Source of the DNA: an uncultured candidate division Zixibacteria bacterium
GTDB taxonomy: Bacteria > Zixibacteria > MSB-5A5 > GN15 > FEB-12
Assembly (NCBI GenBank): GCA_963806185.1
Contig: CAWDXE010000006.1
Coordinates: 86,064-150,063, forward strand
Reading direction: 5' to 3'
DNA: 64,000 bases
Shown here: one piece after another, positions 42,649 to 53,211 of the stretch
Numbering within the stretch: position 1 is the first letter of the stretch
How the letters are laid out: each line of letters begins with the position of its first letter
Position numbers and translations under genes: made by a program
Notes under the pieces: generated by a model
Database searches by the model: none
Told to the model about the DNA's origin: nothing
The model's input: only the letters and a program-made list of their open reading frames with translations

Positions 42649-45129
42649 CTATTGAATCACCACCAATTTGCCGGTCTGGTTGCCCGTGGCCGATTCAACC
42701 ACCCAGTAATAGATCCCCGACACCGCTAACTGGTAATTCTTCGTGATCAGATCCCAGGCATCGTGTGTCGAATTGGGATCATCCGGCGCGTACTCGTGAA
42801 TGATCTCCCGCACCAGGTCGCCGTCGAGACTGAGTATCGAAATCTTGCATCGCGCCGGCAAATTGCCGAAATGAATCCGCCGCCCCCGGTCGATATACAA
42901 TGACTGGTCGTGATTCTCGTACCCCTTCAGTTCGTAGTCACCGTCGTACCGATACGGGTTGGGCCAGACATACACCGACGCCTTTTCCCCGGCGACCTCC
43001 GCACTTGACGGTATCGCCCACGCCGACGTGATCGTCTCCTGAAGGCGGCTCTCTTGCGCGGTGATACCCGCCGTGGCAAAGCCGAAATCAAAGGCGGTCA
43101 CGGCTGCCCAGTATTGAACGGTCGGCAAAAGCTTGTCGATGATGTATTCGTACTCATAATATTTGGCCAGTCGTTTGCCGTTCACCACAATCACGTCATC
43201 ATCCGTCCATTGCAGCGTGTCGTCGCTCGGTTTGACCGCGTCGGGGTAGACTTTGTGCACTTTGTCCGGGGCCAGAGGGGCGTTGTTCCCCTGCGGCAGA
43301 AAGCAGAGATATTCGCCGTTGATGACCAGTGGGTGTTCCCGGTCGTAAAGGCTCGGGTCAAAGTCCGGATCGAGATAGTACTCTCGCAATTGCGCCAGTG
43401 AATACGGATCGTTGGTCGGCCGCCAGTCCCAGCTTCCGTCCGGCGCTCCGGTCAGCCGATAGCGCACCCAGTCTTCACGATCGAAGGACGTCAGCAGCGA
43501 AAAACTCGACGGCCGCTCATCGAGTCCGAGAAAAACATTGTACCCTTCGAAATCTCGTACGCGCGTAAGCGGATCGATGGACGTCTCCGAACGAAACCCG
43601 TTCCAGCGAATCGCCAGTTGCTCCAGCGATGGAATCACGCGCATATCGGGCGGCGACGGTGGGCCATCGGCCCGCCAGTCCGGCACGCCGTCACCACGTA
43701 CCCAGACCGTGTCGCCGTTGCACAACTCGAAGGTGCCGGAGTACCCATCACCGTCCGTATCATACCCGGGATTGTCATACACCCGACCTGCCCACACGGC
43801 GTTGGCGGCCAGATGGGAAAAATCGTACCGACTGTACAACCAGTCCGGCTGCTGCGGATTGAATCGACTATACAACATCGGATCGATGATCACACTGTCA
43901 CCGGCAACGATGGCATAAATGATGGTCCCCTTCGCGCCGGGGGGAAGATCAAATCCGCCCAGCGACGTGGTGGCCGTCGCCGGATATCCCGACGCGAGCC
44001 GGTCGGCCTCCGGCGGCGGCGGAAACCAGCCGTCAACGTACCGATCCTTGGCCGCAAATATCTGATCGTAGTCGATCTCCGGATGGCTGAGAAAATAGTA
44101 AAGTTCGCCCGCCGTCTCCGGACCGTACTCGTGAAACTGTCGGTATGGATCCTCCGGCGTCGCCCGCTTGCGGGGGCTGTAGTACATGTACCCCGGCAAC
44201 CAGGCCTCCCAATTATAGTTCGGCGTCATTTTCTCCACCGGGGCCGCAATGAATCGAAAACCGGCCGCCGCCCGCGCGGAGTATTTCGACCAGCGCTTTA
44301 CCGTCGGCCGCGGATCCGCCACCATCGCGTAGGCCAGATTAATCGTATCCTCTGACAGACAGTTGGCTCGCGGATAGGTGGGCAGGTAGCCGGTGTAGAA
44401 CTTATCGAATTCCAGATCCAGCTCACCCAACTCGGTGATATGGATGACCGGATTGTTGAAACTGAGACCGACGTAAATGTCGTTCAAGGGATGGTCGGTC
44501 ACATTCTCCAACTGGCATTCGACCAGGACGAAATCATCTGACCCCTTGCCGGCCCACGCCATCGATCGTTGGTAAATCCGAAGCCCGATCGGCGTATGAA
44601 ACGGCGTGAGCACGGTATCAAGATATTCGCATCGAATGTCTAGATCCGAACGAGCCGTCGACGAATAAATGCCCGTCCGCGCTCGCTCGGCACTCGAATA
44701 GCGGAAAGGCTGAACACCGTAAAACAAAGGCTGCCAGTCGAACATACAATTCAGCGTATCATAACCCGCTATTGCCCCGATCCACATGTATGAATCCAAC
44801 AGGAATACATGACCGCTGTTGGCGGGATACGTGCATCGCTGGATCGGGTCATTACTCAACGGATCGATCACCGGCATCGCCTGACCAAAAATGTCCCAGC
44901 TGTACGGCAAACCAAAGCGACCGCTGTTGCTGACCGAGAGCTGTATGTTCCCCTGATTGTGGGCGGTTTCGTTAGTGGCAATATCGGCCTGCGCCGCCGC
45001 GCGCACCGAGGGTATTCGCTGCTGGATGAGCTTGGAGGGAACAGTGTCCGTCGTCTGCCCGACAGCCGACCCCGGGCGCCATGTCAGGAGGAGGAGCGTC
45101 CCAAGAAGGAAAACTAGAGGAACCCGCAC
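42649..45129 (-). CDS. Large secreted hypothetical protein with an FN3-like region and a T9SS-like C-terminal domain
   Basis: Signal peptide, PPSPP..IRW..DFEGYNVF, and C-terminal VYVWPNPY..IHFGNLP..WDLITKN..SGIYYWVVES..GKLVVIQ. Confidence 0.75.
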   Translation of the reverse strand: MRVPLVFLLGTLLLLTWRPGSAVGQTTDTVPSKLIQQRIPSVRAAAQADIATNETAHNQGNIQLSVSNSGRFGLPYSWDIFGQAMPVIDPLSNDPIQRCTYPANSGHVFLLDSYMWIGAIAGYDTLNCMFDWQPLFYGVQPFRYSSAERARTGIYSSTARSDLDIRCEYLDTVLTPFHTPIGLRIYQRSMAWAGKGSDDFVLVECQLENVTDHPLNDIYVGLSFNNPVIHITELGELDLEFDKFYTGYLPTYPRANCLSEDTINLAYAMVADPRPTVKRWSKYSARAAAGFRFIAAPVEKMTPNYNWEAWLPGYMYYSPRKRATPEDPYRQFHEYGPETAGELYYFLSHPEIDYDQIFAAKDRYVDGWFPPPPEADRLASGYPATATTSLGGFDLPPGAKGTIIYAIVAGDSVIIDPMLYSRFNPQQPDWLYSRYDFSHLAANAVWAGRVYDNPGYDTDGDGYSGTFELCNGDTVWVRGDGVPDWRADGPPSPPDMRVIPSLEQLAIRWNGFRSETSIDPLTRVRDFEGYNVFLGLDERPSSFSLLTSFDREDWVRYRLTGAPDGSWDWRPTNDPYSLAQLREYYLDPDFDPSLYDREHPLVINGEYLCFLPQGNNAPLAPDKVHKVYPDAVKPSDDTLQWTDDDVIVVNGKRLAKYYEYEYIIDKLLPTVQYWAAVTAFDFGFATAGITAQESRLQETITSAWAIPSSAEVAGEKASVYVWPNPYRYDGDYELKGYENHDQSLYIDRGRRIHFGNLPARCKISILSLDGDLVREIIHEYAPDDPNSTHDAWDLITKNYQLAVSGIYYWVVESATGNQTGKLVVIQ

Positions 45130-45291
45130 GAAGTCGCCTGTGGACCTTTCGCCAAAAGTATACTTGGCTATGAATATACTCAGTGAAACCGGTTACTTCA
45201 AGACCGACTCTTCCCGGTCCCAGCTGCCCGAGCGTCATTGCCAAGGAGAAAGTGTTCGAACCCGCTTGTCTATCACTCGGCGGATCTTCGA

Positions 45292-45319
45292 TTGACAAAA
45301 CCGCCAAAATGCGTACTTT
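45292..45319 (+). promoter_or_regulatory. Putative sigma70 promoter of the M6 protease gene
   Basis: TTGACA-16 nt-TACTTT. Confidence 0.45.
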
Positions 45320-45506
45320 ATGGCATACCATACTGCTGATCCAACGGTTACCTCAGCAACCGCCGGCGAAAGCTAAGAGCACCATGATTTTGCCAAGCGT
45401 GCCGACCACGACGGCGGCCGGGAAAGTCCCGCCCGCGAGTGGTCAACAGTCCGAATTTTCCGACATACGAATATATTGACGCCGTAACTTCTGGAATGGA
45501 TACACT

Positions 45507-48500
45507 ATGATACCGTACGCACGCATTACCATTTTGACGCTGGCCCTGTCTGTCCTACTGGCGGTCAGCCTGCTGGCCGTTGCCCCGACCGATGAGGCGC
45601 GCGAGCGCTGGAAAGCTGAGGGCACCTACGACAAGCAGATTCAGAACTGGACCGACTTTAAGGCCGCTGGCGGATGCCAACCAAATGAGAATACCCCCTT
45701 CCCCGAAGGACGAGTCAGCACCCGCACCGCTCTCGATGCCAACGCGGTTGATACCTTGAAAGTGCTGGTCATTCTGGTCGATTTCCCCGACTGCAAGTAC
45801 GACCAATCAACCTACGCCATTCCGGGCGGCGGCACCCTTACCATGAACGCGGTGGGCACGACTGCAAAATTCGACTCCCTTCTCTTCTCCGTCGCCACCG
45901 TGCCGACCGGCTCTATGACTGATTTCTACTGGGAGACTTCGTATCAGCGAATTCTGATCCAGGGTACGTCCGTGGGCTGGTACACCATGCCGCAGAACTA
46001 CTCGTACTATGTCGGTACGAACGACGGCTTGACGATGGGTTCGACTCTGGCCGGCCAGGCGATTCTCGCCGCCGATGCCGGCGGCGTGGACTTCACGCAA
46101 TACGACAATGACGATGACGAAACGGTCGAAGGGGTGATCATCATTCACGCTGGACCGGGCGCCGAAACGGGCGCCTATGGCATCTGGTCGCACAAATCGA
46201 ACCCGCAAGGAGCCGGCCTCCCCGACGGCATGCTGGTCGCATCTTATACCCTGAACCCGGAAGAGTACGGAAGCGGACTGTCGACTGTGGGCGTTTACTG
46301 CCATGAGTGGGGACACGTCATGGGATTGCCCGATCTGTACGATATCAACGAGACCAACAGCCCGAATAACGACGGACTGGGTGACTGGTCTTTGATGGCC
46401 GGCGGAAGCTGGAACGACAATGGCCGTCACCCGGCCCATTTAGACGCCTGGTGCAAGACCCAACTCGGCCTCGCCAGCATCACCTGGCTGAGCGCCAACC
46501 AGAAACAGGTCGAAGTTCCGGCGATTCAATACAATCCCGTGGTGTATGGCTTGCGGAATACCACGGTCAGCACGTCGCAATACTGGCTGATCGAGAACCG
46601 GCGCAAGGTTGGTTTTGACGCCTACATCCCGTGGCACGGCCTCATGATCTACCACATAGACAATTCGGTTGGCACCAACGACAATCCCGACCGGCTGCAT
46701 GTCGGACTTGAGCAGGCAGACGGCATGTTCAGCCTGGAACAGGTGGGCGGTAGTGACGTCGGAGACCCCTGGCCGGGCTCGGCGAATAAGCGCAATTTCA
46801 ACGATCGGACTGTCCCCAATTCCCGCACCAACATCGCCGGCGCGGTCACCCAGGTCGGCGTCTGGAACATTTCCAATTCCGACTCGCTCATGTACGCTGA
46901 CATGGATATCCGCTGGTCGCGCCCATATGTCGAATTTTTCGGCAGCGACTCGATTGCGATTTCCGACGCCGCCGGCGGCGACAACGACGGCCTCTACGAA
47001 CAGGGTGAAACCGTCACGTTCAATTGCCGCATTCGAAACACCATGCTGTCCGTCGGCATGGCGCGCATGCACCTGTCGTGCGACAATCCGAACCTGACCA
47101 TACTCAACAACGACGGCTTGTCATCGGCCGTATTAACCAGCAACACCAACGTCACGCTGGCCACACCGATGCAGATTCAAATTCCGGCCAATTTCCAGTC
47201 ACGCAAAGTCAACTTCACCTTGCAAGTGTCGATCGATTCGACCATCTCGCCCGGCAATGACTCCACCTTCTCGCACACTTTCACCTTTGCACGATCTTTC
47301 GGCGCGCCGCAGATTCTGGTCGTCGACGACGACAATGGCCAGTTGCGCAGCGGGGTCGGGTATGAGAAGCGAATTAAGGACGCCCTCGACCGCCTTGGCT
47401 TCCCCTATGTCGTCTGGACCAAGCTGACGCAGGGCTCGCCTACACCGTCGACCATGTTCCAGTACCTGTCGGTGGTTTGGTATACGGGACCAAGTTCGCA
47501 GGATGGCGGCGACTACGGCGGTGTGCTGACTGTCGCCGATGTCACGGCGATGAAAGCCCACCTCGACGCCGGCGGCAGCCTGTTGCTCAGCAGCAATACC
47601 GGCGCCGATCAATTAAACACACTCGATCCGTCCTTCCTGACCAACTACCTGCATTGCACTGTCGACGGACACATCCCGGTTGACGAATTCGCGCAGGAAT
47701 ACCATGGTGTCACCGGCAGTTCCATTGGCGACGGACTCAAGATCCAGTTCGGCAGCAGTGAACCGGTCTACTATATGGGGGCTCTGCTGGATACGATTAA
47801 TGGCGGACAGTTTGAATTCTACGGCCAAGGCGAGATGGGCGGCACCGTCTACGGCTACATCGGCGTCAGCTATCTGGGCACCTATCGCACCCTCTTCCTG
47901 ACTGTCCCGATCGAATCGACCAATGACGGTCTCATCGCTCAGGGGTGGGCGCCGCGCGATAGCCTGCTCATGCGGGCGCTCAACTTCTATCAGGGCTCAC
48001 CCGTCGTGCCAGCAATTTCCTATCTCCGCGTGCAGGGCGAAGGCGACATCAACCATGTCGTGACCAACTCACCGACTCTGCAATGGAGCTACGTCCACTG
48101 GCTCGGCATCACGCCCCAGCAATACGAACTGGAGGTCGGCACCGATAACGAATGGTCGACCGCCGAAATGTGGGATCCGGCGACCGTTCCAACCGGAGAC
48201 TCCAGCGTCGCATACGGTGGCGCGCCGCTTGCCGACGGGCAAACCTACTACGTCCGCGTCCGCGCTCATGACGGCAGTGACTGGACTACCTGGTTTGTCT
48301 TTGCCATGAGACTCAACTCCGCCCCGGGTGCGGCCGCGCCGCTCGATCCGGTCAACGGTGCCATTAGCGCCACCGGAAACCTGACCACCACCAATGCTGC
48401 CGACGCCGAGAGCGACGGACTGGCATACCAATTCCAGGTCTACGCCGACAGCGCGGGAACTTCGCTCCTGCGCTCGTCGAGTGACGTATCCGAAACGCCT

Positions 48501-49145
48501 TCCACCACCGGATGGATCATTATACCGGCCCTCCCCGATGACAATGTCTACTGGTGGCGTGTACGTGCGTACGACGGAACCGAGTATTCGTCCTGGTCGA
48601 CCCTCGAAAAATTCGTCCTGAATGCCTCGTCACAGGCGCCGTCGGCTTTCACGCTGACCACGCCGCCCGAGCCGTCGAATCTGCCGGTCTTCGATCTCAA
48701 GCCGACGTTCAGTTGGTCGACCGCCACCGATACCGATCCGGGTGATACCGTGCGCTACCGGTTGGAGATCGACGACAACAGCGGCCTGACGACACCGACC
48801 ACTGTCGACTCGCTGCTGATCACCTCACACGAGGTCGCCGATTCGCTGGCTTTTGGAACGCAATACTGGTGGCGTGTTACCGCGTACGACAAGTCCGGGC
48901 TATCCACTCAGGCGGCCGTCAAGAACTTCTGGACCTGGCAGCTTGGTGATGTTGATCACTCGCACGGCACCGACATCGGTGACCTGACCGTGCTCATCAA
49001 CAATCTGTTCATCACCTTTGAACCGATCAATCCCCCGTTGGTCGCCGACATGACCGGTGACTGCCAGGTGGATATCGGCGACCTGACTGCGCTTATCAAT
49101 AACTTGTTCATCACGTTTGGACCTTTGGGTATCGGCTGCCAGTAA
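45507..49145 (+). CDS. M6 family (immune inhibitor A-like) metalloprotease with FN3-like repeats and a C-terminal dockerin-like domain
   Basis: VLVILVDFPD, IHAGPGAE, IWSH, HEWGHVMGLPDLY and WSLMAGGSW motifs; terminal duplicated GDVDHSHGTDIGDL / ADMTGDCQVDIGDL. Confidence 0.92.
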   Translation: MIPYARITILTLALSVLLAVSLLAVAPTDEARERWKAEGTYDKQIQNWTDFKAAGGCQPNENTPFPEGRVSTRTALDANAVDTLKVLVILVDFPDCKYDQSTYAIPGGGTLTMNAVGTTAKFDSLLFSVATVPTGSMTDFYWETSYQRILIQGTSVGWYTMPQNYSYYVGTNDGLTMGSTLAGQAILAADAGGVDFTQYDNDDDETVEGVIIIHAGPGAETGAYGIWSHKSNPQGAGLPDGMLVASYTLNPEEYGSGLSTVGVYCHEWGHVMGLPDLYDINETNSPNNDGLGDWSLMAGGSWNDNGRHPAHLDAWCKTQLGLASITWLSANQKQVEVPAIQYNPVVYGLRNTTVSTSQYWLIENRRKVGFDAYIPWHGLMIYHIDNSVGTNDNPDRLHVGLEQADGMFSLEQVGGSDVGDPWPGSANKRNFNDRTVPNSRTNIAGAVTQVGVWNISNSDSLMYADMDIRWSRPYVEFFGSDSIAISDAAGGDNDGLYEQGETVTFNCRIRNTMLSVGMARMHLSCDNPNLTILNNDGLSSAVLTSNTNVTLATPMQIQIPANFQSRKVNFTLQVSIDSTISPGNDSTFSHTFTFARSFGAPQILVVDDDNGQLRSGVGYEKRIKDALDRLGFPYVVWTKLTQGSPTPSTMFQYLSVVWYTGPSSQDGGDYGGVLTVADVTAMKAHLDAGGSLLLSSNTGADQLNTLDPSFLTNYLHCTVDGHIPVDEFAQEYHGVTGSSIGDGLKIQFGSSEPVYYMGALLDTINGGQFEFYGQGEMGGTVYGYIGVSYLGTYRTLFLTVPIESTNDGLIAQGWAPRDSLLMRALNFYQGSPVVPAISYLRVQGEGDINHVVTNSPTLQWSYVHWLGITPQQYELEVGTDNEWSTAEMWDPATVPTGDSSVAYGGAPLADGQTYYVRVRAHDGSDWTTWFVFAMRLNSAPGAAAPLDPVNGAISATGNLTTTNAADAESDGLAYQFQVYADSAGTSLLRSSSDVSETPSTTGWIIIPALPDDNVYWWRVRAYDGTEYSSWSTLEKFVLNASSQAPSAFTLTTPPEPSNLPVFDLKPTFSWSTATDTDPGDTVRYRLEIDDNSGLTTPTTVDSLLITSHEVADSLAFGTQYWWRVTAYDKSGLSTQAAVKNFWTWQLGDVDHSHGTDIGDLTVLINNLFITFEPINPPLVADMTGDCQVDIGDLTALINNLFITFGPLGIGCQ

Positions 49146-49191
49146 TCTCGGTCGCTGCCGGCAGTCTCAGTCGCTATCCGCACCCTTCTTG

Positions 49192-49290
49192 CGTCATCCT
49201 GAACCTTTTCTAAAAAGTTCAGGATCTCAGTGTTCGGCAAACCCGCGTGCCTGCCATCGCGAGGCGCGCTTCGCGCCGTGGCGATCTCGC
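49192..49290. repeat. REP-like palindromes between convergent protease genes
   Basis: GTCATCCTGAAC..GTTCAGGATCTC and GCCATCGCGAGGCGCGCTTCGCGCCGTGGCGATCTC. Confidence 0.7.
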
Positions 49291-49351
49291 AGTTCCATTC
49301 TTCCCGTTGATGACGATTACCGATTGTCATATGTGGCACGCAAGTGTCGGC

Positions 49352-51175
49352 TCATGGTACCTCGAAGTGAAAACAAGGAATCACCGGCGGCGGTCCTTCG
49401 AGAAACAGGAAATTCACCATATACGTAAGGTCCCCAGAGGCCTCAACCTGCCCGTCGCAGTTGCAGTCGCCAAGGAGTGGCGTCGGGAAAGGCGGCTCAA
49501 AAGAGATGAACATGTAGTCTATCAACCGGGTGAGGTCGTTGATGTCAATGCCTCCGCTGTTGTCGGCATCGCCGCGTGCAATCGAGAGGACAGCCCGAAA
49601 GGCGTCGACGCGGCCGTGACCGTACTCCAAGTTGGGCGAACCTGTCCCCAGCGGAACCGCCGAGTGATCAAGAATATCGCATACCTCTGTTCGAGATAAA
49701 CTCTCGGATCGGGAAAGTATCAGAGCGGCGGCGCCCGCTACGACTGGGCAGGCGGCAGAAGTGCCCCCAAACAGGCAATCGTAGTTGATGTCATTAGGGG
49801 AGTCGCAGTTCCATGTTCGCGGGTATGTCGGGTTATATCCGAGCGAGTCCATCTGATCGAGAGTCCACACGTCGCCATAATGCCCGGCCATACCGCTGGG
49901 CGCCATGATATCCAGATTCATCCCGTATTGACTATAGTACCAACGCGTATCGCTTGAAGTGAGTGCACCTACGGCGTAGCAACTTAGTCTGAACGATGGA
50001 TAGCAGATGAAAGAAGCCTCAAAATTGCCGCTCGCGAAGATAATGGGACAACCCTTTCCGTCGCGTCCGAACAATGCAGCCCGGTCGAGCGCATCATCGA
50101 CATCTGCGTACAGATCATCACCGGTTATGTAGGCCCAACTATTCGAGAGAATATCAGCGCCGTTCTCATATGCCCAGGCAATCGCACTGGCGACATGGTC
50201 GTGAGTCACTCCCTGTCCGTCATCCCCAAATATTTTCACGGGAAGTATCTTGATGGCGGGTGACATTGAAATGACTCCTGAAGTTACCCCTAGTCCAGCC
50301 AAACTGTCAGTAGTATGACTTGCTGCAATAATACCTGAGCACGCCATCCCATGGTTTCTCCATGGCCCCGGTGCGGGATTGGTGTCATAAGGAGTGACGG
50401 AGAAGTCTCGACCGTTGAGGATTCTTACTTGTGGAAGGTCCTCGTGAATAGTAACTCCCTCATCTATCACTGCCACAACAATAGTATCAAGTACCCCGCT
50501 AAAATCCCATACAGTCTGCGAATTGAATTGCCCGATCACTTTCTTGACATGCCACTGGTGGCTCTGATAGTGATCAAATAGCTTGTAAGAACACAAGACT
50601 GGCCTCAAACCAAATATCGGGTGCGAATAGCGTATTCCGGGCAAGGCGTGAAGATCATTAGCTAGGGTCAATAGGCGTCGCGTCTGCGGATTCAGGTTGC
50701 GAGCCACGAATACGTTTGGCAGGTACTCGAGTTCGCGCACGGTGTCTGCTCCATATATGTGGAGGATCGAAGAGAGACTGTCGCGCGAAATATTCGCTTC
50801 GAACGCTATGACAAGTTCATCTCCGACCGGTGCGGGCAGTGAATCATTGATGTAGTAGTATGGTTCAGCGACCTCAATGCCGCTCGTGCGATTCAAGGTG
50901 TCCAGAAATTCATACAAACCACCCCCCGGTGCGATAGCTACGGACACGAAGCCATCCAACGCGTCCCCGTCCGCAATTATGGAATCAAGTCGCGGCACGG
51001 ATTCGATCACCCACTCCTGCGGAACTTCGGTATCAAACTTGAGACAAACCTTAGCTGTGTCGACCCGCAGATTGATCTGCCCGCTCCCGCCGTAGTAATA
51101 CTCCGCTTGTGCCGATGGAGATGCCACCAGCACGAGCAGCGTCATCAGTGCACATGCAATGACGCGCCTCTGCAT
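49352..51175 (-). CDS. S8 subtilisin-like serine peptidase with a C-terminal dockerin-like domain
   Basis: Triad VAVIDEG / NHGMACSGIIAA / FGGTSAACP; terminal GDADNSGGIDINDL..GDCNCDGQV..GDLTYMVNFLF; signal peptide; AAGGAGGAG RBS. Confidence 0.92.
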   Translation of the reverse strand: MQRRVIACALMTLLVLVASPSAQAEYYYGGSGQINLRVDTAKVCLKFDTEVPQEWVIESVPRLDSIIADGDALDGFVSVAIAPGGGLYEFLDTLNRTSGIEVAEPYYYINDSLPAPVGDELVIAFEANISRDSLSSILHIYGADTVRELEYLPNVFVARNLNPQTRRLLTLANDLHALPGIRYSHPIFGLRPVLCSYKLFDHYQSHQWHVKKVIGQFNSQTVWDFSGVLDTIVVAVIDEGVTIHEDLPQVRILNGRDFSVTPYDTNPAPGPWRNHGMACSGIIAASHTTDSLAGLGVTSGVISMSPAIKILPVKIFGDDGQGVTHDHVASAIAWAYENGADILSNSWAYITGDDLYADVDDALDRAALFGRDGKGCPIIFASGNFEASFICYPSFRLSCYAVGALTSSDTRWYYSQYGMNLDIMAPSGMAGHYGDVWTLDQMDSLGYNPTYPRTWNCDSPNDINYDCLFGGTSAACPVVAGAAALILSRSESLSRTEVCDILDHSAVPLGTGSPNLEYGHGRVDAFRAVLSIARGDADNSGGIDINDLTRLIDYMFISFEPPFPTPLLGDCNCDGQVEASGDLTYMVNFLFLEGPPPVIPCFHFEVP

Positions 51176-51196
51176 AACTCCTCCTTTGTTGAAGAA

Positions 51197-52276
51197 CTAC
51201 CTTCCCGCCTGACACGTGATATCGTAAAAGAGAGCCTGCACATTGAAGTTGCAGTAGCCGGTAATCGTCCGGCTACGCACGTCGAAAACAACAAGATCGT
51301 TGCCAATGATCGACCGTACCCCTACTAGCGTCTTGCCATCCGGCGTAATTGCCATCGAGCCGATCGGCATCTGATACTTCAACGGATCCTCCGGCCCACC
51401 GGCAAGGCCCAAAGTGCTGACTTCGCTGACGGAATTGGATGGCACGTCATAGATGTAAAAGGCCGAGGGCGCCAGATCACTGATCATGCTTCCCTCGTTG
51501 GTGAAAAACACCGTCTTGCTATCCGGTGCAACTACAATGCCACCTGGGCCGGGGGTTAAGTCCTGCCGATAAATCAGCGAGTCAGCCGCAACGTCATAAA
51601 CTCCAAAAGAATAACCGAAGGAATTCCAACATGAGTACAAGTACCAGAGTTTTTCATCGCGGGATGGTACGATTCGTGTAAGTGCGCCGGGCATCGCCGG
51701 GATGGTCTTTCGCTCTACATGAATGGTCCGCCCGATAGTTGCGCACATGATTTCGTTATGAGGTGTCCCCCAGATTAAGCAGTAGAACGTTCTGCTATCG
51801 CTGGAGAATATGCCGGCAGACACATTCAGCGTATCATCAGAGAACCGCACGCAATAGCTGGGAAGACTCATGATCGTCAATCCGAGCAAGCTCCGATTGA
51901 GCAACGCAAGTAGCTTTCCATTGGGTGAACTTGCGGTTTCCTGAGTCGGATTATGCAGAGTGCGGACAAACTGCCCCGACTCGGTCGTGAACACCATCAA
52001 CGAATCACCCAGGGACACATACAGAAAGCGGCCATCGGCAGAGACATTCGAGCGAAGCGACGCAGGCAGGCTATCGCTCACCGTATCTATCGCGCAGGTG
52101 GAGGGTGCGAGGCGAAGCACTCGACGACTGCTTAACCCATCTAACCCATAGAAGTCGTACGATACCGGTTTAGGATTCGGCCCGATCGGGTCATCACACC
52201 CCGCCAACCAGACGGCGACCACCACCCAACAGAGCGGGATCGCGGTCCGTGATAGCTTTCGCCACTTTGATGTCAT
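51197..52276 (-). CDS. Beta-propeller lipoprotein (YncE/YVTN-like)
   Basis: Lipobox LAGC, repeated SADG/SPNG/TPDG blades and GGAGG RBS; likely co-transcribed with the S8 gene. Confidence 0.75.
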   Translation of the reverse strand: MTSKWRKLSRTAIPLCWVVVAVWLAGCDDPIGPNPKPVSYDFYGLDGLSSRRVLRLAPSTCAIDTVSDSLPASLRSNVSADGRFLYVSLGDSLMVFTTESGQFVRTLHNPTQETASSPNGKLLALLNRSLLGLTIMSLPSYCVRFSDDTLNVSAGIFSSDSRTFYCLIWGTPHNEIMCATIGRTIHVERKTIPAMPGALTRIVPSRDEKLWYLYSCWNSFGYSFGVYDVAADSLIYRQDLTPGPGGIVVAPDSKTVFFTNEGSMISDLAPSAFYIYDVPSNSVSEVSTLGLAGGPEDPLKYQMPIGSMAITPDGKTLVGVRSIIGNDLVVFDVRSRTITGYCNFNVQALFYDITCQAGR

Positions 52277-52628
52277 GAAACCTCCCCATCGTCGCGAAGA
52301 CGATGACCACTACATCATCTAATGCGTGCCCACTCTCTTGTCAAGTGATATTTTGTGGACAGCCCGGTCGATCACTGACAGAATCTGTCAGTAGATGTGC
52401 CGATGTGAACCCTGTACGCAAGGCGCATCTCCGCCATTACCTTGTGACATAATATGATGGAGATTTCTAGATTAGTTTTCAGGCGTGGACTCCGTACCCC
52501 ATCCAACGGATGGGTTCTATTTCTCTGGCTTTCCCCTCACGATGTTCGATGGACTGAGATTGCCACGAGTCTCGTCGCCGACGGCTCCAGTTCAGAGGAC
52601 TATGCAAAGGGAAAACCGGAGAAAGAAA

Positions 52629-52740
52629 AACCCACCTGATAGGTGGGCTACGGAACCGAGATCCTGAATCATCGGAATGATTCAGGATGACGACATGGTG
52701 GAGGTTCAGGATAACGAGATGGTGGAGGTTTAGGATGACA
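52629..52740. repeat. Dispersed copy of the RAYT-flanking REP plus a REP-derived short tandem repeat
   Basis: AACCCACCTGATAGGTGGGCTACGG, then ATCCTGAATCAT..ATGATTCAGGATGAC and ~24-bp units TTCAGGATGACGACATGGTGGAGG. Confidence 0.7.
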
Positions 52741-52852
52741 ATTCATAAAGACGCCAAAAGTGCGACTCTGTCCGCTCCGTTTTTTTCTTGTAGCTATTCA
52801 ACTTTCCGTCGGCGATATTTCTGGACGACCAACGACGCAAGGAAGGGTGAGC

Positions 52853-53209
52853 ATGGTCCGTTATTTTGCCGCCATTGGATTGGCGATGGGGATTGCGACG
52901 CTGGGGTGTTCGAAGGAAGAACCGGCCCCGAAATCATCGACCGAACAAACCGAAGCCAACAGCCTTACCGTCAAACTGCCCATCGAACAGGTGATGACCG
53001 AGTTCACGGACAGCCTTATGTCATTTCCGGGAGTAGTCGGTGTGGGCGTCGGCGACTCCGCCGGCAAGCCGTGTATCGCCGTGCTGGTCGTGGAAAAAAC
53101 GACTGATCTTGAAGCGCAGGTGCCCAAACAATTGGGCGGCTATCCGGTCCGTATCGACGAGACGGGGGATTTCCGGCCCGACGATGATTCCATTCCGCCC
53201 GGCGACTGA
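52853..53209 (+). CDS. Small lipoprotein resembling a stand-alone protease pro-domain
   Basis: Lipobox TLGC; core LMSFPGVVGVGVG..CIAVLV..VPKQLGGYPVRIDETG. Confidence 0.7.
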   Translation: MVRYFAAIGLAMGIATLGCSKEEPAPKSSTEQTEANSLTVKLPIEQVMTEFTDSLMSFPGVVGVGVGDSAGKPCIAVLVVEKTTDLEAQVPKQLGGYPVRIDETGDFRPDDDSIPPGD

Positions 53210-53211
53210 GC

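Noticed and set aside
45340-45450. Possible c-di-GMP or other riboswitch upstream of the M6 protease
   Set aside because: Only loose GCAA/GAAA resemblance; I could not build the conserved stems by eye. An Rfam/Infernal scan would be needed.
52660-52740. Short ~24-bp periodic repeats (also 62360-62445) as a mini CRISPR array
   Set aside because: Only about three units, with near-identical rather than unique spacers, derived from the GTCATCCTGAA REP family; no cas genes in the window.
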